Positions 43,278 through 55,943 of a stretch of DNA of 64,000 nt are shown here, one piece after another; the stretch's first letter is position 1; each line of letters begins with the position of its first letter. A program made the position numbers and the translations under genes. The notes under the pieces are model-generated. The model was not told where the DNA came from. It made no database searches and saw only the letters and a program-made list of their open reading frames with translations. The DNA comes from Octopus sinensis (lineage: Eukaryota): NCBI RefSeq assembly GCF_006345805.1, contig NC_043008.1:30256001-30320000 (forward strand), written 5' to 3'.

Positions 43278-43490
43278 GAGAGATAGTGAAAAATAGGGGA
43301 GAGGAGTGACCATGACGTGATTTATAGGGGATGTAATTGTAATGCTTTCACTGAATTAGTTGAAGGGAAAATGAGAAGAAATGAATAGGGGAGAGAAAAA
43401 GAGGATAAGGCGAAGAGTGAGAGAGGAAGAGGAATAAAGAAAAAGCGGGCGACAAAAAACGAAGAGAGAAAAGGGGGAGCGTAATATTTG
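43278..43490. repeat. Purine-rich ~215-bp repeat, copy 1 (copy 2 at 45457-45671)
   Basis: GAGATAGTGAAAAA..GAGAGGAGTGACCATGACGTGA..ATGTAATTGTAATGCTTTCACT.AATTAGTTGAAGGG is present in both. Confidence 0.85.
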
Positions 43491-45039
43491 TTAATTGATT
43501 GTAAAACTTTGCTGAAGTTATTGATGATATAGACGAGAAAAATTAAACATAGTTTTAGCAAAGGGTTTATATTCTGATGGTGACTGAATATTGAAGGGTG
43601 TATTTTTTTTAAATTGAACTAATTTTTTACTTATCGCTCAACGCTTATCACTTAAGTGCAATGTTTATCACCTGTCACTTAAGTGCAATTACGGGAATTA
43701 TTCACGCTTATTTACGTGGCGGATATATGCAGTTTAAGCAAAGGTTTTATCTTATATACGGGTTATTGTTTTTATTTTATGGCAAAAATGGTAAATTAAG
43801 AGTGGATGTTTATTTTATGGGTGCTGTGTATTAAATCCATAAACCGGTGCATAAATATATAATGTGTATATAGAAAGTGCATTAAGTAATCATCGTATTC
43901 AATTTCTTTCACTTTTCAATGAGCAGCAGATGAGCGACTATGTTTCCATACCGACACAACACAGGCTACACTTTCAAGTTATTTGTATAAAGTTTTCAGA
44001 AATAACCCAATAGGTTTATCATTAATTATATGAAATACCCACGGTCTCGCTAGTTTGTGTGTGTATATATATATATATATATAATATATATATATATATA
44101 TAATATACATACATACAGAAACGGAGATAAAAAGTGAGAGGAATTTCTGAAAAGAAAGGAAGAAACAAACAGATAATTAAGCCTTTGTGGGAAACACACA
44201 GAGGAGGAAAAGTCGCAAAGCATTTAAATCGTTAGAGGAAATAATAAAGGTGCACTACAAAAACGTGCCAACTTCATTGTCACTTTAGTGACTGGATGCT
44301 AGAATCAGTTAGGTAACTCACTACCCATGTCACTGTGTAGCCAACAACAGCCAGTGTGATCGGATAAAATGTTGGTGGTTGACTGATATTATTTTCACTT
44401 CCAGAAACGGTAGAATATTCGCTACGTCACAATGATACAAATATCGAATGAGAACATCTCAAGAATAAAGATGATATGGCATAAGAAAAATACAAACTGA
44501 CTGCGTGCAGACATGACTACATCTATGCATATGTATGTTTGATGCAATATAACTCATTAGCACAGCACTTACGCTATCTTTTTTAAAACACAAGACACTA
44601 AAACATATCGTTGCAAAGATTATAAGTCGGTGGCTTGTGAAGCTACAAAGACTTTCCATTTGCTACCAAGCGTTTGCTTTACCGCCTTTAGAAGCGTATA
44701 TTTCAATAAAATAAAGATTAAATGGTATATACTTTAACATATTCATCTTCCTTCTTCAAATATATGCCACGTCCTTCTCTGAGTTACTTCCTTTATCACA
44801 TTTCCGATTTATATATATATGTATGTATATGCATGTATGTATATATTTATATAGATAGATTGATGGATAGGTACAGAGATAGATAGAGATATATACATAT
44901 ACATATATATGTATGTATATATGTATCTACACATATACCTATATATATATAAATATCTACTTATATATATATGTATATATATATATATATATATATACGT
45001 TTCTATATATGCATATATATATATATATATTATTTCTAC

Positions 45040-45365
45040 GCCAGCTGCTATGTTGTTGTTGTTTCTGTCTCATTTGGTCTAAAGTCGTATGACAACCACC
45101 GTTATATATATTTTTGTTTATTCATTACTGTTTTCAATTTCGTTTTCGTCTCTTGTATTTACATCCGTCTTGTGCGTTCACATTCCTGTCTTCTACCAAG
45201 AAATCTAATGCTTACAGCTTAGTTTTTTTTCTTGGGGCTGGCCGAGTTGGAGCAAATATCAGAATTGAACAGCCGAAATTTGCTATGATGATTCGGTGTC
45301 TGACTGAAGATTGAAGGCTTCGAATGATTTGTCTGTGTTCCGTGTTCGTCCCTTCCTGTATTTCA
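45040..45365. mobile_element. Dispersed repeat family copy f (inverted relative to copies a-e)
   Basis: AAGAAATCTAATGCTT..CTTAGTTTTTTTTCTTGGGGCTGGCC..CAGCCGAAATT..GATGATTCGG..GACTGAAGATTGAAGGCTTCGAATG is the reverse complement of the 2775-2900 and 8300-8430 motif. Confidence 0.75.
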
Positions 45366-45456
45366 CGTTTATTATATATAAAAACATTCATTCTTATATA
45401 TATATATAGAGATAGATAGCCCATTAGAAACTCTTTCACATGATTGGAGATAAAGA

Positions 45457-45671
45457 GAGAGATAGTGAAAAAGAGGGAGAGAGGAGTGACCATGACGTGA
45501 GGCAGAGGGAATGTAATTGTAATGCTTTCACTTAATTAGTTGAAGGGGAAATGGGAAGAAAGGAAAAGGGGAGAGAAAAAAGGATAAGGCAAAGAGTGAG
45601 ACAAGAAGAGGAATAAAGAAAAAGAGGGCGAGAAATAACGGAGAGAGAAAAAGAGGGAAATTAAATATTTT
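45457..45671. repeat. Purine-rich ~215-bp repeat, copy 2
   Basis: Aligns to 43278-43490 with scattered substitutions. Confidence 0.85.
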
Positions 45672-47098
45672 TTAAGTCAGTGCCTCAGCATGGCCACCGA
45701 TCTATTACTGAACACACGCGCACATATAGGCATACATACTAACACACAGTCACAAACGCATACTAAGCACAGACATACACACATATGTGTACATATACAT
45801 CATATACATACATAAACACACATGTCCGCTTACATATTTCCCAAGTGGGTGCCTCCCTTCCACAGTACTTAATGTTTCGTGGATGTGTCCAAGCTGACGA
45901 AATTTCAAGTAATATCGTAATGTGTGAAACTGTCATTAAGCATATGAAATTACAACCAAATGTGTTATTCATTGTTTGTTCACACACACACACAAACACT
46001 AACACACACGCGCGCATCCACACATACACTCTCTATCCCCTCTCTCTCCCCCTCTTTTTCTCACTCCCTATTTCTCTCCCTCTCACTCAGTAGCAACAAT
46101 TGTCTTCCACAGGAATACATCTTCAAGACACCTGCTTTCTATCATCATGCTCCAGTGGTCTCTTTCTTTTGAGACCTTCAAGAAAATCGAACGTCTCAGA
46201 AATTTTTTGACCTACTTTCAACTAACATACTGAATGGACGCCTACATAGTTGTTCGATGTATTGGACATAGGAGTCTAATCGCCCTCAAATCAGACACAC
46301 ATTACCATCTGACATGTCCAAATGATACAGTGAATAAATCCAACATAAATAGTGTTTCTGAATAAGCTATGGATAATTACAGCGAACGACCTGTGATCAA
46401 AGTTCAACTTCATCATACGTGACCTAGATCTAAAATCAAAAATTACAATATTTAGAGGTAGGAAATGGAACAAACCTGGCCACTGCACCTCCATCAATGC
46501 GTTATATTTTTCATTCACTTTTGATAGTATATTTAGAATGCAGAATATAGGAAATGCTACGTGAAGAATTTGGCTTTTAATGATATCTTACGCTATTATT
46601 TTCTCGTGTTGGCTTTAAATTCACTGTCTATAAGTATGATTCCGAAAGGCTGTATGTCACTACAGATTACTTTCGTTGCATGATACTTGAGAATAAGATG
46701 TTCTGTTTTCTTTTTGAGTGTAAAGCCCAACATTACCCAGGAAATGAAGGTGAGGTTCCCCAGTTTTAAGTCTAATCATTGGAAGAAACTTATACTATTA
46801 TCTCTCTATTGCCTTGGAAATAGTAATGAATTTTGAACACTCTCATATTTTGATAAGCTAGTTTAGCAGAGGTGTTTAGGTCTTCTCTCTGAGTAGAACA
46901 ACGGACTCTGAATAACATAAAGGCGATTTATTATGCTCTTTGAGGTTATGGAATTTTATATACATACATTCACAATGGCATATAGATATATACACAACGT
47001 GTATTTATACGAATGGAAACGTGATTATTTGCATTTATGTTTATAAGTATATCTCCATTATCTGTTTTGGATATACACATATATATATATGTGTATAA

Positions 47099-47151
<53 letters not shown>

Positions 47152-50100
47152 CATACATACATACATATATATGGAAAAATATATGTATACCCATATATAT
47201 GTGTGTGTGTGTGTGTACATATTCAGTGTTCAAGCTCAGCAATAACCTATGTGGTGTTCTCGAGCGGTATATCCTAAATGTTATTTTAAGTATAATTGTA
47301 TTACCTAATTGTACATATCACAAAGATTCAATAACCAATGTTACCTTCTGTTTTCAGAACATTATTTCATACATCTGGCCAATCTATTTATGGTGCCTCT
47401 ATGCAGTTCAACTAATGTTGATCTGCATGATGCATTTTAATGGCTCGGTTCTCATCCGTTCATATATGCGCACAAAATATTACCATAAGAAGAGATGGAG
47501 AGTTTCTGCTGCTTCAAAATAGCTATAAGTCAGCTATATGTCAGAGACCAAATGCTCACTAAAAATCATATTATTCACTTTGGGAGGAAGAACGAAATTA
47601 CTAAGGAATATAATTTAATAAATGATACAATGATTGTTTTCTGTTTACCAACCTTGCAAATATGGAAGGCAAAGTGAAACTTAGTAATAAATTATACTAT
47701 AAAACATCTAGCTCTATTCACTTCTGTTTACATAGATCAACTATCATTGAGCTAATGAAGAAAGCTGCTAAAAATATATCTGATAAAAAATTGATATTCA
47801 TTTTGGCAATTAAAGTAATCGCAGATTTAGCACTTTGCACATTCATGGTCTGATATACCCTATATCATTGGAATGGTTATACACTAATTTTACCACTTAG
47901 GAATGTAGTTAACGTATCCCGCTCCCTCGAAATAAGATAGAAATACATTCACCAGATAGTTTTTAATGCGAACTCACCCCCTTAGTGCTGTAGACACTAT
48001 GACTAATATGAATGTTGGTAGTTTGAAGCAATTTTATCCACTTTGCTGACACACAAACGTGAGTTCACTCATGTAATTTACTAGAGTTACGAAGTTGCTG
48101 ATGAGGTGGCTATAAAAATAAATCCTAATCATATATTATATACAGTGCTAATTATTTCCACAGCTAATTAGAGTTCTTTTATGAGAAGCCACTCTACTAG
48201 AGTCGTGCTCACTGCTTCTCTGACGACCTTAAATGAAAATTATGCAAAATATATCTGGCATAATTTCCAAGAAATTGATTTGGAAATGCGTGATATATTT
48301 TTCAAATTCCTTTCTCAGCTAGTGGGTTAGTAATTTAAGACTTTGCAATTAGCGTTTGTCGTTGTAATTTCCATCAGAATACACGAAGCAAGCAATAATT
48401 TTAAATTTTGTTGAGTCATAATGTGTCAGAAGCATGTGATGTCTCTGTAGCCAGTCCGTCGCGAAGAAAATAATTAACCTTTCAATAATAAAAAGTATTC
48501 ACTGCGCTTTTGTTCCAGAACATTTGCAAATAGTGTTACATGCATTAGTTCACAGTCATGCTTTATATACATTCTGTTCTACAGATAAGAGAATCTTAAT
48601 AGCTTGAATAATCAACAGGACGGTTTCGTTCGTACAAATAATAGGGTGTGTATTATAATATATTTTTAAAGCCAATATCCTCTTTGTTCATATTCGATTT
48701 CATTTGTAAATGTCATGGTAAATGCAATTAAGCTTTATAACATACCTGCAATGTTGTTCTTTTTCAAGTGAATACAATTTCGAAGTATTTTAGTAATTAC
48801 TTTAAAGTTATTAGACTATTTAATTCCTTCACCGAAACGTTCCATTTTTCATTTTATTAAAATCAAATTCTATCTTCAGAATTTTGCCTTTACGGTGCAA
48901 CACTTTAGAATAAATTTTTTCATTGTTGCTTTAAAATTTTAATGTTTTAAAAATCAAATGCACACTGGTGGGTCGTAATGTCACATCCATTACAGAGATT
49001 GCAATATGATACACGGCCGACAACTTAATTTAATATTGCTAGTGTGCGTTTAGTTGCAGTTGTTGCTGTTGTGTTTTTGTAGAAGTTTAATCTCAGGTCA
49101 ATCCTGGTCGAGCAGGCCTTAATCAAAGATGTTCCTGTCACAACCTCTCCATCTCTTTTCAAACACACACTATCTAAGACCATATTGTCAAAAGTTTCCG
49201 TCTTCTGTTTTTGGAATATTTTCTGATGTGAAGAAAATTTGGCGTCTATTTCTACCACATTGAGTGATTCGTTTTCTTCGCTTAGGGATTACCATTAATT
49301 CATCTCTAATGAAGCAGACTTACGTTAAAAGCTTTCTAGTGATGATAATCACATATATATCAGGAAAATTTATTCAGGATTACATAATTCAACGTGTTCT
49401 TCATTTACAAATTGGGATCTGGGGGAAATCTAGCAGATCGGGTGGCAAAATAAATATTTCCATAAATGGTTTGTTCTTGTATTTCTATGGATTTACTTGT
49501 GATGTATTATCAAATAATTATCTGCTAGAGAAATCTGCTTCATGATTCACTCTCAGAAGATTTATGTTTTTTAATGCTAGAATAAATGCCCATCTTTTAT
49601 ATTATTAATTACGAAATAGTTATTAAAATTAAAATGACTACCTGCCGCACAAATAAACGTATTCCTATTAAAGATGCCAACCGACCAAGCATTGATTTAT
49701 TACTGCAAAATAATTATTCGGTTTTATGATAGGGAGCATTTGCAATTATCACTTTCACCAGTGTTTCAAAATCGTGTGCAATGTTTATAGTAGAGCATAA
49801 TAAAAGTGACTGAAAATCTGAAATTGAGTTCATTTAAAAGTTCCAACTGTACCACTCATTTGATATTAATTACAGCAAGATATTATTTCAAATCTGACGA
49901 AATTCCGCAATAATTGGGGATGACGTTCTTAGAATGTATGTTCTATTCTTCACAGTTCTATCATCATGCCTTTATATTGAGATCGTGATGGTCACTTGAT
50001 TAATACGATACTTCTCTTGTGTTCACAATCCCAAATAATAATGAGGGGTGGTTAATAAATACACGTTTTGTCATACACACACATACACACACAAATATGT

Positions 50101-50596
50101 ATGTATACAACCATTCTTGTTTGTTTTCTGTAATATCTATGAGATATATCACGCATTCAAGTTCATATTATTTTCAATATATTATTTTAAAAAGAAAGTG
50201 AAAACCTCCAATTTGTCCGGGAATATCGATACGCTCAGAAGTCTGCATCCAAACTTTCCAGAAGATTTTGAAAATCTTAATCAGCATTCAGAAAACTGAT
50301 TAAGTAGGGAACCTTAAATAAAAGTTTCCTATATTTCCACTATTGCTGCAAACGATGTATTTTACAAAGTGCAACTTTTCTAATGACTATACTCGCCCAT
50401 GGATATATAGAGTATGCAAAAGTATCTGCAAATTAACATAGCAACTGACTTTTATTTGAAAACGATTCTACATTATACAAAGCCGCTGCTACCTAGTTGG
50501 GAATCTGTAACATCAGCTTGCATTATGCGGCCATAATACGTTTGTTTTGAGATTGTATATTAATGAATGAACACACACACACACACACACAACACA

Positions 50597-50674
<78 letters not shown>

Positions 50675-50685
50675 GATATAGAGAT

Positions 50686-50695
50686 AGATAGATAA

Positions 50696-50757
<62 letters not shown>

Positions 50758-50769
50758 GGATAAATAGAT

Positions 50770-50867
<98 letters not shown>
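50686..50867. repeat. (GATA)n compound microsatellite
   Basis: Direct reading. Confidence 0.95.
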
Positions 50868-50868
<1 letters not shown>

Positions 50869-51674
50869 AAGATACATTGGACATGTTAGCCTCGCAAAAG
50901 GATGGTTGCATCCAAGGAAATACTGGTTCAATAACTAGTATTGTTGGTGAATGAAGTTCCCTTTTAAAAATAACAATATATCAAGCACATAGTTTGTATC
51001 TAGTTAAAAAAAAGACAAGAAAATGGAGTTAAGGAAGTTAATAATTATTCCTTATCAAATGAATGTTTCATTTTCTTATTAACTATAAATGTACCATAAC
51101 TATATTCATCTTTCCTCAATCATCTCTATTTCTATTTTATTTATTGCTTTAGTTTTATTTTATTTACTTTCTCCTTAATCATATTCTAATTAATCTGTAA
51201 ACACTTCAGGCGATCATACAATGATACAAATCTTAAACCGTAATATTTAGTCTGCTGAAATGATCTGACATATCCATATATAAAATCCCAATGTACATTT
51301 TTTCCCTCTGATGAAATTATGTTCTTGTCACATAAATGCAAATTTAATGAACAACTTTGTATTGAGGAATAATTTATCTAGTAATAATTGAAACGGCTGT
51401 AAGATTCAAAGATGGCCAATTTTTTCATAATAAATAATTATTCACTTCTTCATCTCCATTTTCTTTTCTTGTTCTAAGTGCGTGTATATATAATGTTGTT
51501 TGTTTTGTTTTCCCTTTGTGTCTTTCGTTGTGCGAAAAATAGTTCATATTCCATGTACTCGTACTTCGTATTTTTTGTTGTACACATTTCGTGACGTCCT
51601 GCATATACATAATTATGTATGTATATATATATATATTGATGTAAGTATATACATATTCGTATGTATATATGCAA

Positions 51675-51710
<36 letters not shown>

Positions 51711-51720
51711 AATATTATTA

Positions 51721-51778
<58 letters not shown>

Positions 51779-51784
51779 TATTAT
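51675..51784. repeat. (ATT)n microsatellite
   Basis: Direct reading. Confidence 0.95.
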
Positions 51785-52257
51785 TATATATATATATTAT
51801 TTATATTATTATATGACTGAACACAACGCATCCTCTTCCAAGGAAGTTTTATCTTAATAATTCAGAAGTGCACTCTATAAGATATTTTTACTCTTTCGTT
51901 TTTCTCTCTTTTTCTCTCGTATTCTTTTACTCCACTTCTCCCATTATTCTATCCTATTACTCTGTCATTCTCTCTCCGTCATTCCTCGTCCCTTGCTCAC
52001 GTGGCTCATACGTGACCATCGGTCAACTTTCTTTCTTCTACTAACTTGTGTTTCTTTCTTTATCTCCGTTGTAGCTGGAACAAGGAAGACATGTTCTTGT
52101 CTGTCTCCTGTCCAAGCTTGATTTACGCGTTCGCCACCACAACCTCGTTTAAGCTTGGCAGCCCTTCCTTTTAGTTTTTACTGTTCCGTTTGTGTCACCA
52201 ATTTTGACTCTCCGCAACATTCCCAATATTAATTAATTTGTTTTGCCGGAGCAACTG

Positions 52258-52310
<53 letters not shown>

Positions 52311-52312
<2 letters not shown>

Positions 52313-52689
52313 CGTAGAAGTGGCTGTATGGTAAGTACCTTGCTTACCAACCACATGGTTTTGGGTTCAGTCCCACTGCGTGGCAACTTGAGCAAGTGTC
52401 TTCTACTATAGCCTCGGGCCGATCAAAACCTTGTGGATGGATTTGGTAGAGGGAAACTGAAAGAAGCCCGTCGTATATATGTATATATATATATATATGT
52501 GTGTGTGAACCTGTGTTTCCCTCTCAACATCGCTTGACAAGGAATGCGTGTATGTTTCCGTCCCCGTAATTTAGCGGTTCAGCAAAAGAAAACGGTAGAA
52601 TAAGTACTAGGCTAACAAAGAAAAGTCGCGGGGTCGATTTACTTGACTAAAGGCGGTGCTCCAGCATGGCCACAGTCAAATGGCTGAAA
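52311..52689 (+). mobile_element. Full-length tRNA-derived Octopus-type SINE
   Basis: GGCGTAGAAGTGGCTGTATGGTAAG (A box), GGTTCAGTCCC at 52364-52374 (B box), GCAACTTGAGCAAGTGTCTTCTACTATAGCC core, internal (TA)/(TG) tract, 3' GGCGGTGCTCCAGCATGGCCACAGTC. It is the reverse complement homologue of 55089-55505. Confidence 0.9.
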
Positions 52690-52941
52690 TGACTGCTTAC
52701 TTCTAATTATATAACTACTTCCAAGTGCTCAGATTGAACCCGACGCGCTAGATAGTAAATAATATAATTCAAAGAAAAAAGAAATATTCGGTAATTATCT
52801 TTCAGTTTTGACATATATTGATATATTAATGTATGTCATAAATAAAAGATAAGTATCTATTTCCTTCTTCATTAAATTATATTATTTACCATATACATAT
52901 GTATATGCATATATATGTGTATATTCCTACATATATGTATA

Positions 52942-53004
<63 letters not shown>

Positions 53005-53005
53005 G

Positions 53006-53036
<31 letters not shown>

Positions 53037-53139
53037 GTCATTATGCAGTTTTATTTCAAAATTTATTACTAGCAGAAAATGAGCCGGTTTCTTACGTAGA
53101 TACAAAGCTCCTTGACTGGAATTATCTATCTATCAATCA

Positions 53140-53149
<10 letters not shown>

Positions 53150-53196
<47 letters not shown>

Positions 53197-53197
53197 T

Positions 53198-53240
<43 letters not shown>

Positions 53241-53277
53241 AATGCGTGTGTGTGTGTATGTGTGTGTATGTGTGTGA
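53150..53277. repeat. (TG)n microsatellite
   Basis: Direct reading. Confidence 0.95.
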
Positions 53278-53725
53278 TATGTACATCCATAAATGTAGCT
53301 TTTTGGCGTAATTGTTCTTCGGAAAAATCTGAAAATGTTGGGTAATTCTTATCCTAATATTCTTCAAGTCCTTTTATGCAGCTCTTCGACTGACCTTCCT
53401 TAGTTTTCCTCTGGAACTGGTATAGGTTTTGTTTAGTTCATATGTCCACTGTGATTTTTCGCGATAATTCTGCGATCTGTGAAAGCTGATTCCAGGTCAT
53501 TTCGTTGTCATAATATATGTATAGTAATTTTCCATGTGGTTTGTATTTCACAGTTTGGTTAATACAGCAATCTTTTCATAAAAGGTTGTGTCTTTGCAAT
53601 TACACAAAGAAAATAACCAACAACCAGGCTTGCATTGGTAGCAAAAATGATAGGAAATATTATTCATTATCTGGGAGATTTGAGAGTTTTCTTTACCACT
53701 ATGCCTGTATTGGACGCAAATATGT

Positions 53726-53774
<49 letters not shown>

Positions 53775-53891
53775 CAATTTAGGAATGGCCTGAACAGGCC
53801 ATTCGTCCACCAGAAAGAGCAGCCATAACTCCAACCGCAAGTAGTGTAATTCAGAAATAAGGTGAAAATTAAAAACATTTACCCTAATTCA

Positions 53892-53992
53892 TCTTTTATA
53901 CGATGCATCGTTTCGGTGTCTTTAATGATAGACCAGCTTAATTAAATTAAATTAAGCTGGTCTACCATAGGTCACACTTCATCAGTAAAAGA
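53892..53992 (-). ncRNA. Type I hammerhead ribozyme (minus-strand copy)
   Basis: Reverse complement of 54653-54753; predicted cleavage between 53899 and 53898. Confidence 0.8.
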
Positions 53993-54652
53993 AACCTGGG
54001 GGAGACGGATATACACGAGGCTACTGTATCAATGCCTCGGGAATATCTGTCTTAAAATTTTCAAGACCAACGCATTCGCGCCAAACTTATCGGCAGCAAA
54101 TATAAACTGCCGATTCAATCTCAGAATTAGTCAGAAAATTATCAATTAATCAATTTAGGGTAGCAAAAAATTCAGTAAAAATTTATCGCTACCAGCGGCC
54201 TAATGGAAAAGAGAAAATAGTCAAAGACTAAATATGTATAAATATAACAATTTAGGAATGGCCTGAACAGGCCATTCGTCCACCAGAAAGAGCAGCCATA
54301 ACTCCAACCGCCAAGTAGTGTAATTCGGAAATAAGGTGAAAATTTAAAAACATTTACCCTAATTCATCTTTTATACGATGCATCGTTTCGGTGTCTTTAA
54401 TGATAGACCAGCTTAATTAAATTAAATTAAGCTGGTCTACCATAGGCCGCTGGTAGCGATAAATTTTTACTGAATTTTTTGCTACCCTAAATTGATTAAT
54501 TGATAATTTTCTGACTAATTCTGAGATTGAATCGGCAGTTTATATTTGCTGCCGATAAGTTTGGCGCGAATGCGTTGGTCTTGAAAATTTTAAGACAGAT
54601 ATTCCCGAGGCATTGATACAGTAGCCTCGTGTATATCCGTCTCTCCCAGGTT

Positions 54653-54753
54653 TCTTTTACTGATGAAGTGTGACCTATGGTAGACCAGCTTAATTTAATT
54701 TAATTAAGCTGGTCTATCATTAAAGACACCGAAACGATGCATCGTATAAAAGA
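54653..54753 (+). ncRNA. Type I hammerhead ribozyme (plus-strand copy)
   Basis: Stem I UCUUUUA (54653-59) pairs with UAAAAGA (54747-53). Core CUGAUGA (54660-66). Stem II GUGU/ACAC with a 19-bp hairpin extension. GAA at 54731-33. Stem III ACGAUGCAUCGU (54734-45, palindromic). GUA cleavage triplet, A17 = 54746. The base of stem II is an A.C mismatch. Confidence 0.82.
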
Positions 54754-54975
54754 TGAATTAGGGTAAATGTTTTTAAATTTTCACCTTATTTCCGAATTAC
54801 ACTACTTGGCGGTTGGAGTTATGGCTGCTCTTTCTGGTGGACGAATGGCCTGTTCAGGCCATTCCTAAATTGTTATATTTATACGTATTTAATCTTTGAC
54901 TATTTTCTCTTTTCCATTAGGCCGCTGGTAGCGATAAATTTTTACTGAATTTTTTGCTACCCTAAATTGATTAAT

Positions 54976-55021
<46 letters not shown>

Positions 55022-55088
55022 ATATATGCATATATATATATATATATATGTACATATATATCTATATATATATATGTATATGTATGTA

Positions 55089-55505
55089 TACTCTTTTACT
55101 CTTTTACTTGTTTCAGTCATTTGACTGCGGCCATGCTGGAGCACCGCCTTTTAGTCGAGCAAATCGACCCCAGGACTTATTCTTTGTAAGCCCAGTACTT
55201 ATTCTATCGGTCCCTTTTGCCGACCGCTAAGTGACGGGAACGTAAACACACCAGCATCAGTTGTCAAGCAATGCTAGGGGGACAAACACAGACACACAAA
55301 CATATACACACACACACTTATATATATATATATACATATATACGACAGGCTTCTTTCAGTTTCCGTCTACCAAATCCACCCACAAAGCATTGGTCGGCCC
55401 GGGGCTATAGCAGAAGACACTTGGCCAAGATGCCACGCAGTGGGACTGAACCCGGAACCATGTGGTTGGTTAGCAAGCTACTTACCACACAGCCACTCCT
55501 GCGCC
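55089..55505 (-). mobile_element. Full-length tRNA-derived Octopus-type SINE
   Basis: Minus strand starts GGCGCAGGAGTGGCTGTGTGGTAAG, has GGGTTCAGTCCC, and ends with an (AGTAAAAG)n tail; homologous to 52311-52689. Confidence 0.92.
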
Positions 55506-55552
55506 TATATGTATATATATATATATATGTATCTATCTATATACATATAATA

Positions 55553-55660
<108 letters not shown>

Positions 55661-55761
55661 AGACATAATGGTGTCATTGAGACCCAAAGGCGTCAGGTAA
55701 TGCTGAATAAGTGCTAATATTGCGAATAAAGGGTTCAACGTTGGTTCTATGTCAGCGTGTG

Positions 55762-55893
55762 TATATATGAATTTTTTGCGTAATGAGATAAAAAAAACAA
55801 GGCTGTATAGATATTAGAGCATTTATAGATAGAAATGCTCTAATACCTATACAGCCTTGGTCTTTTATCTCATTACGCAAAAAATTCATATAT
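55762..55893. mobile_element. Fold-back palindrome (MITE-like), ~130 bp, TA-flanked
   Basis: TATATATGAATTTTTTGCGTAATGAGATAAAA..CAAGGCTGTATAG.TATTAGAGCATTT is mirrored by AAATGCTCTAATA.CTATACAGCCTTG..TTTTATCTCATTACGCAAAAAATTCATATATA. Confidence 0.75.
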
Positions 55894-55902
55894 ATATATA
55901 TA

Positions 55903-55943
<41 letters not shown>

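Larger units (their letters stand above)
53771..54976. mobile_element. Hammerhead-ribozyme retroelement (retrozyme-like or PLE pseudo-LTR): 473-bp monomer, partial tandem plus inversion, inside (TA)n
   Basis: Layout A(53771-53971) B(53972-54202) C(54203-54243) A(54244-54446), then reverse-complement B'(54443-54673) A'(54674-54876) C'(54877-54917) b'(54918-54976). Copies differ by only a few nt. No ORF; (TA)n on both flanks. Confidence 0.85.

Noticed and set aside
45296-45335. CTGAAGA...CTTCGAATG motif in the dispersed repeat family
   Set aside because: No copy has GAAA followed by a paired stem III and NUH.
48830-48882. CCGAAACGTT on plus and CTGAAGA on minus
   Set aside because: The two half-cores are on opposite strands with no supporting stems.
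52311-52385. tRNA gene (also 7107, 42930 and 55430)
   Set aside because: A and B boxes are present but there is no complete cloverleaf, and the sequences continue into SINE bodies.
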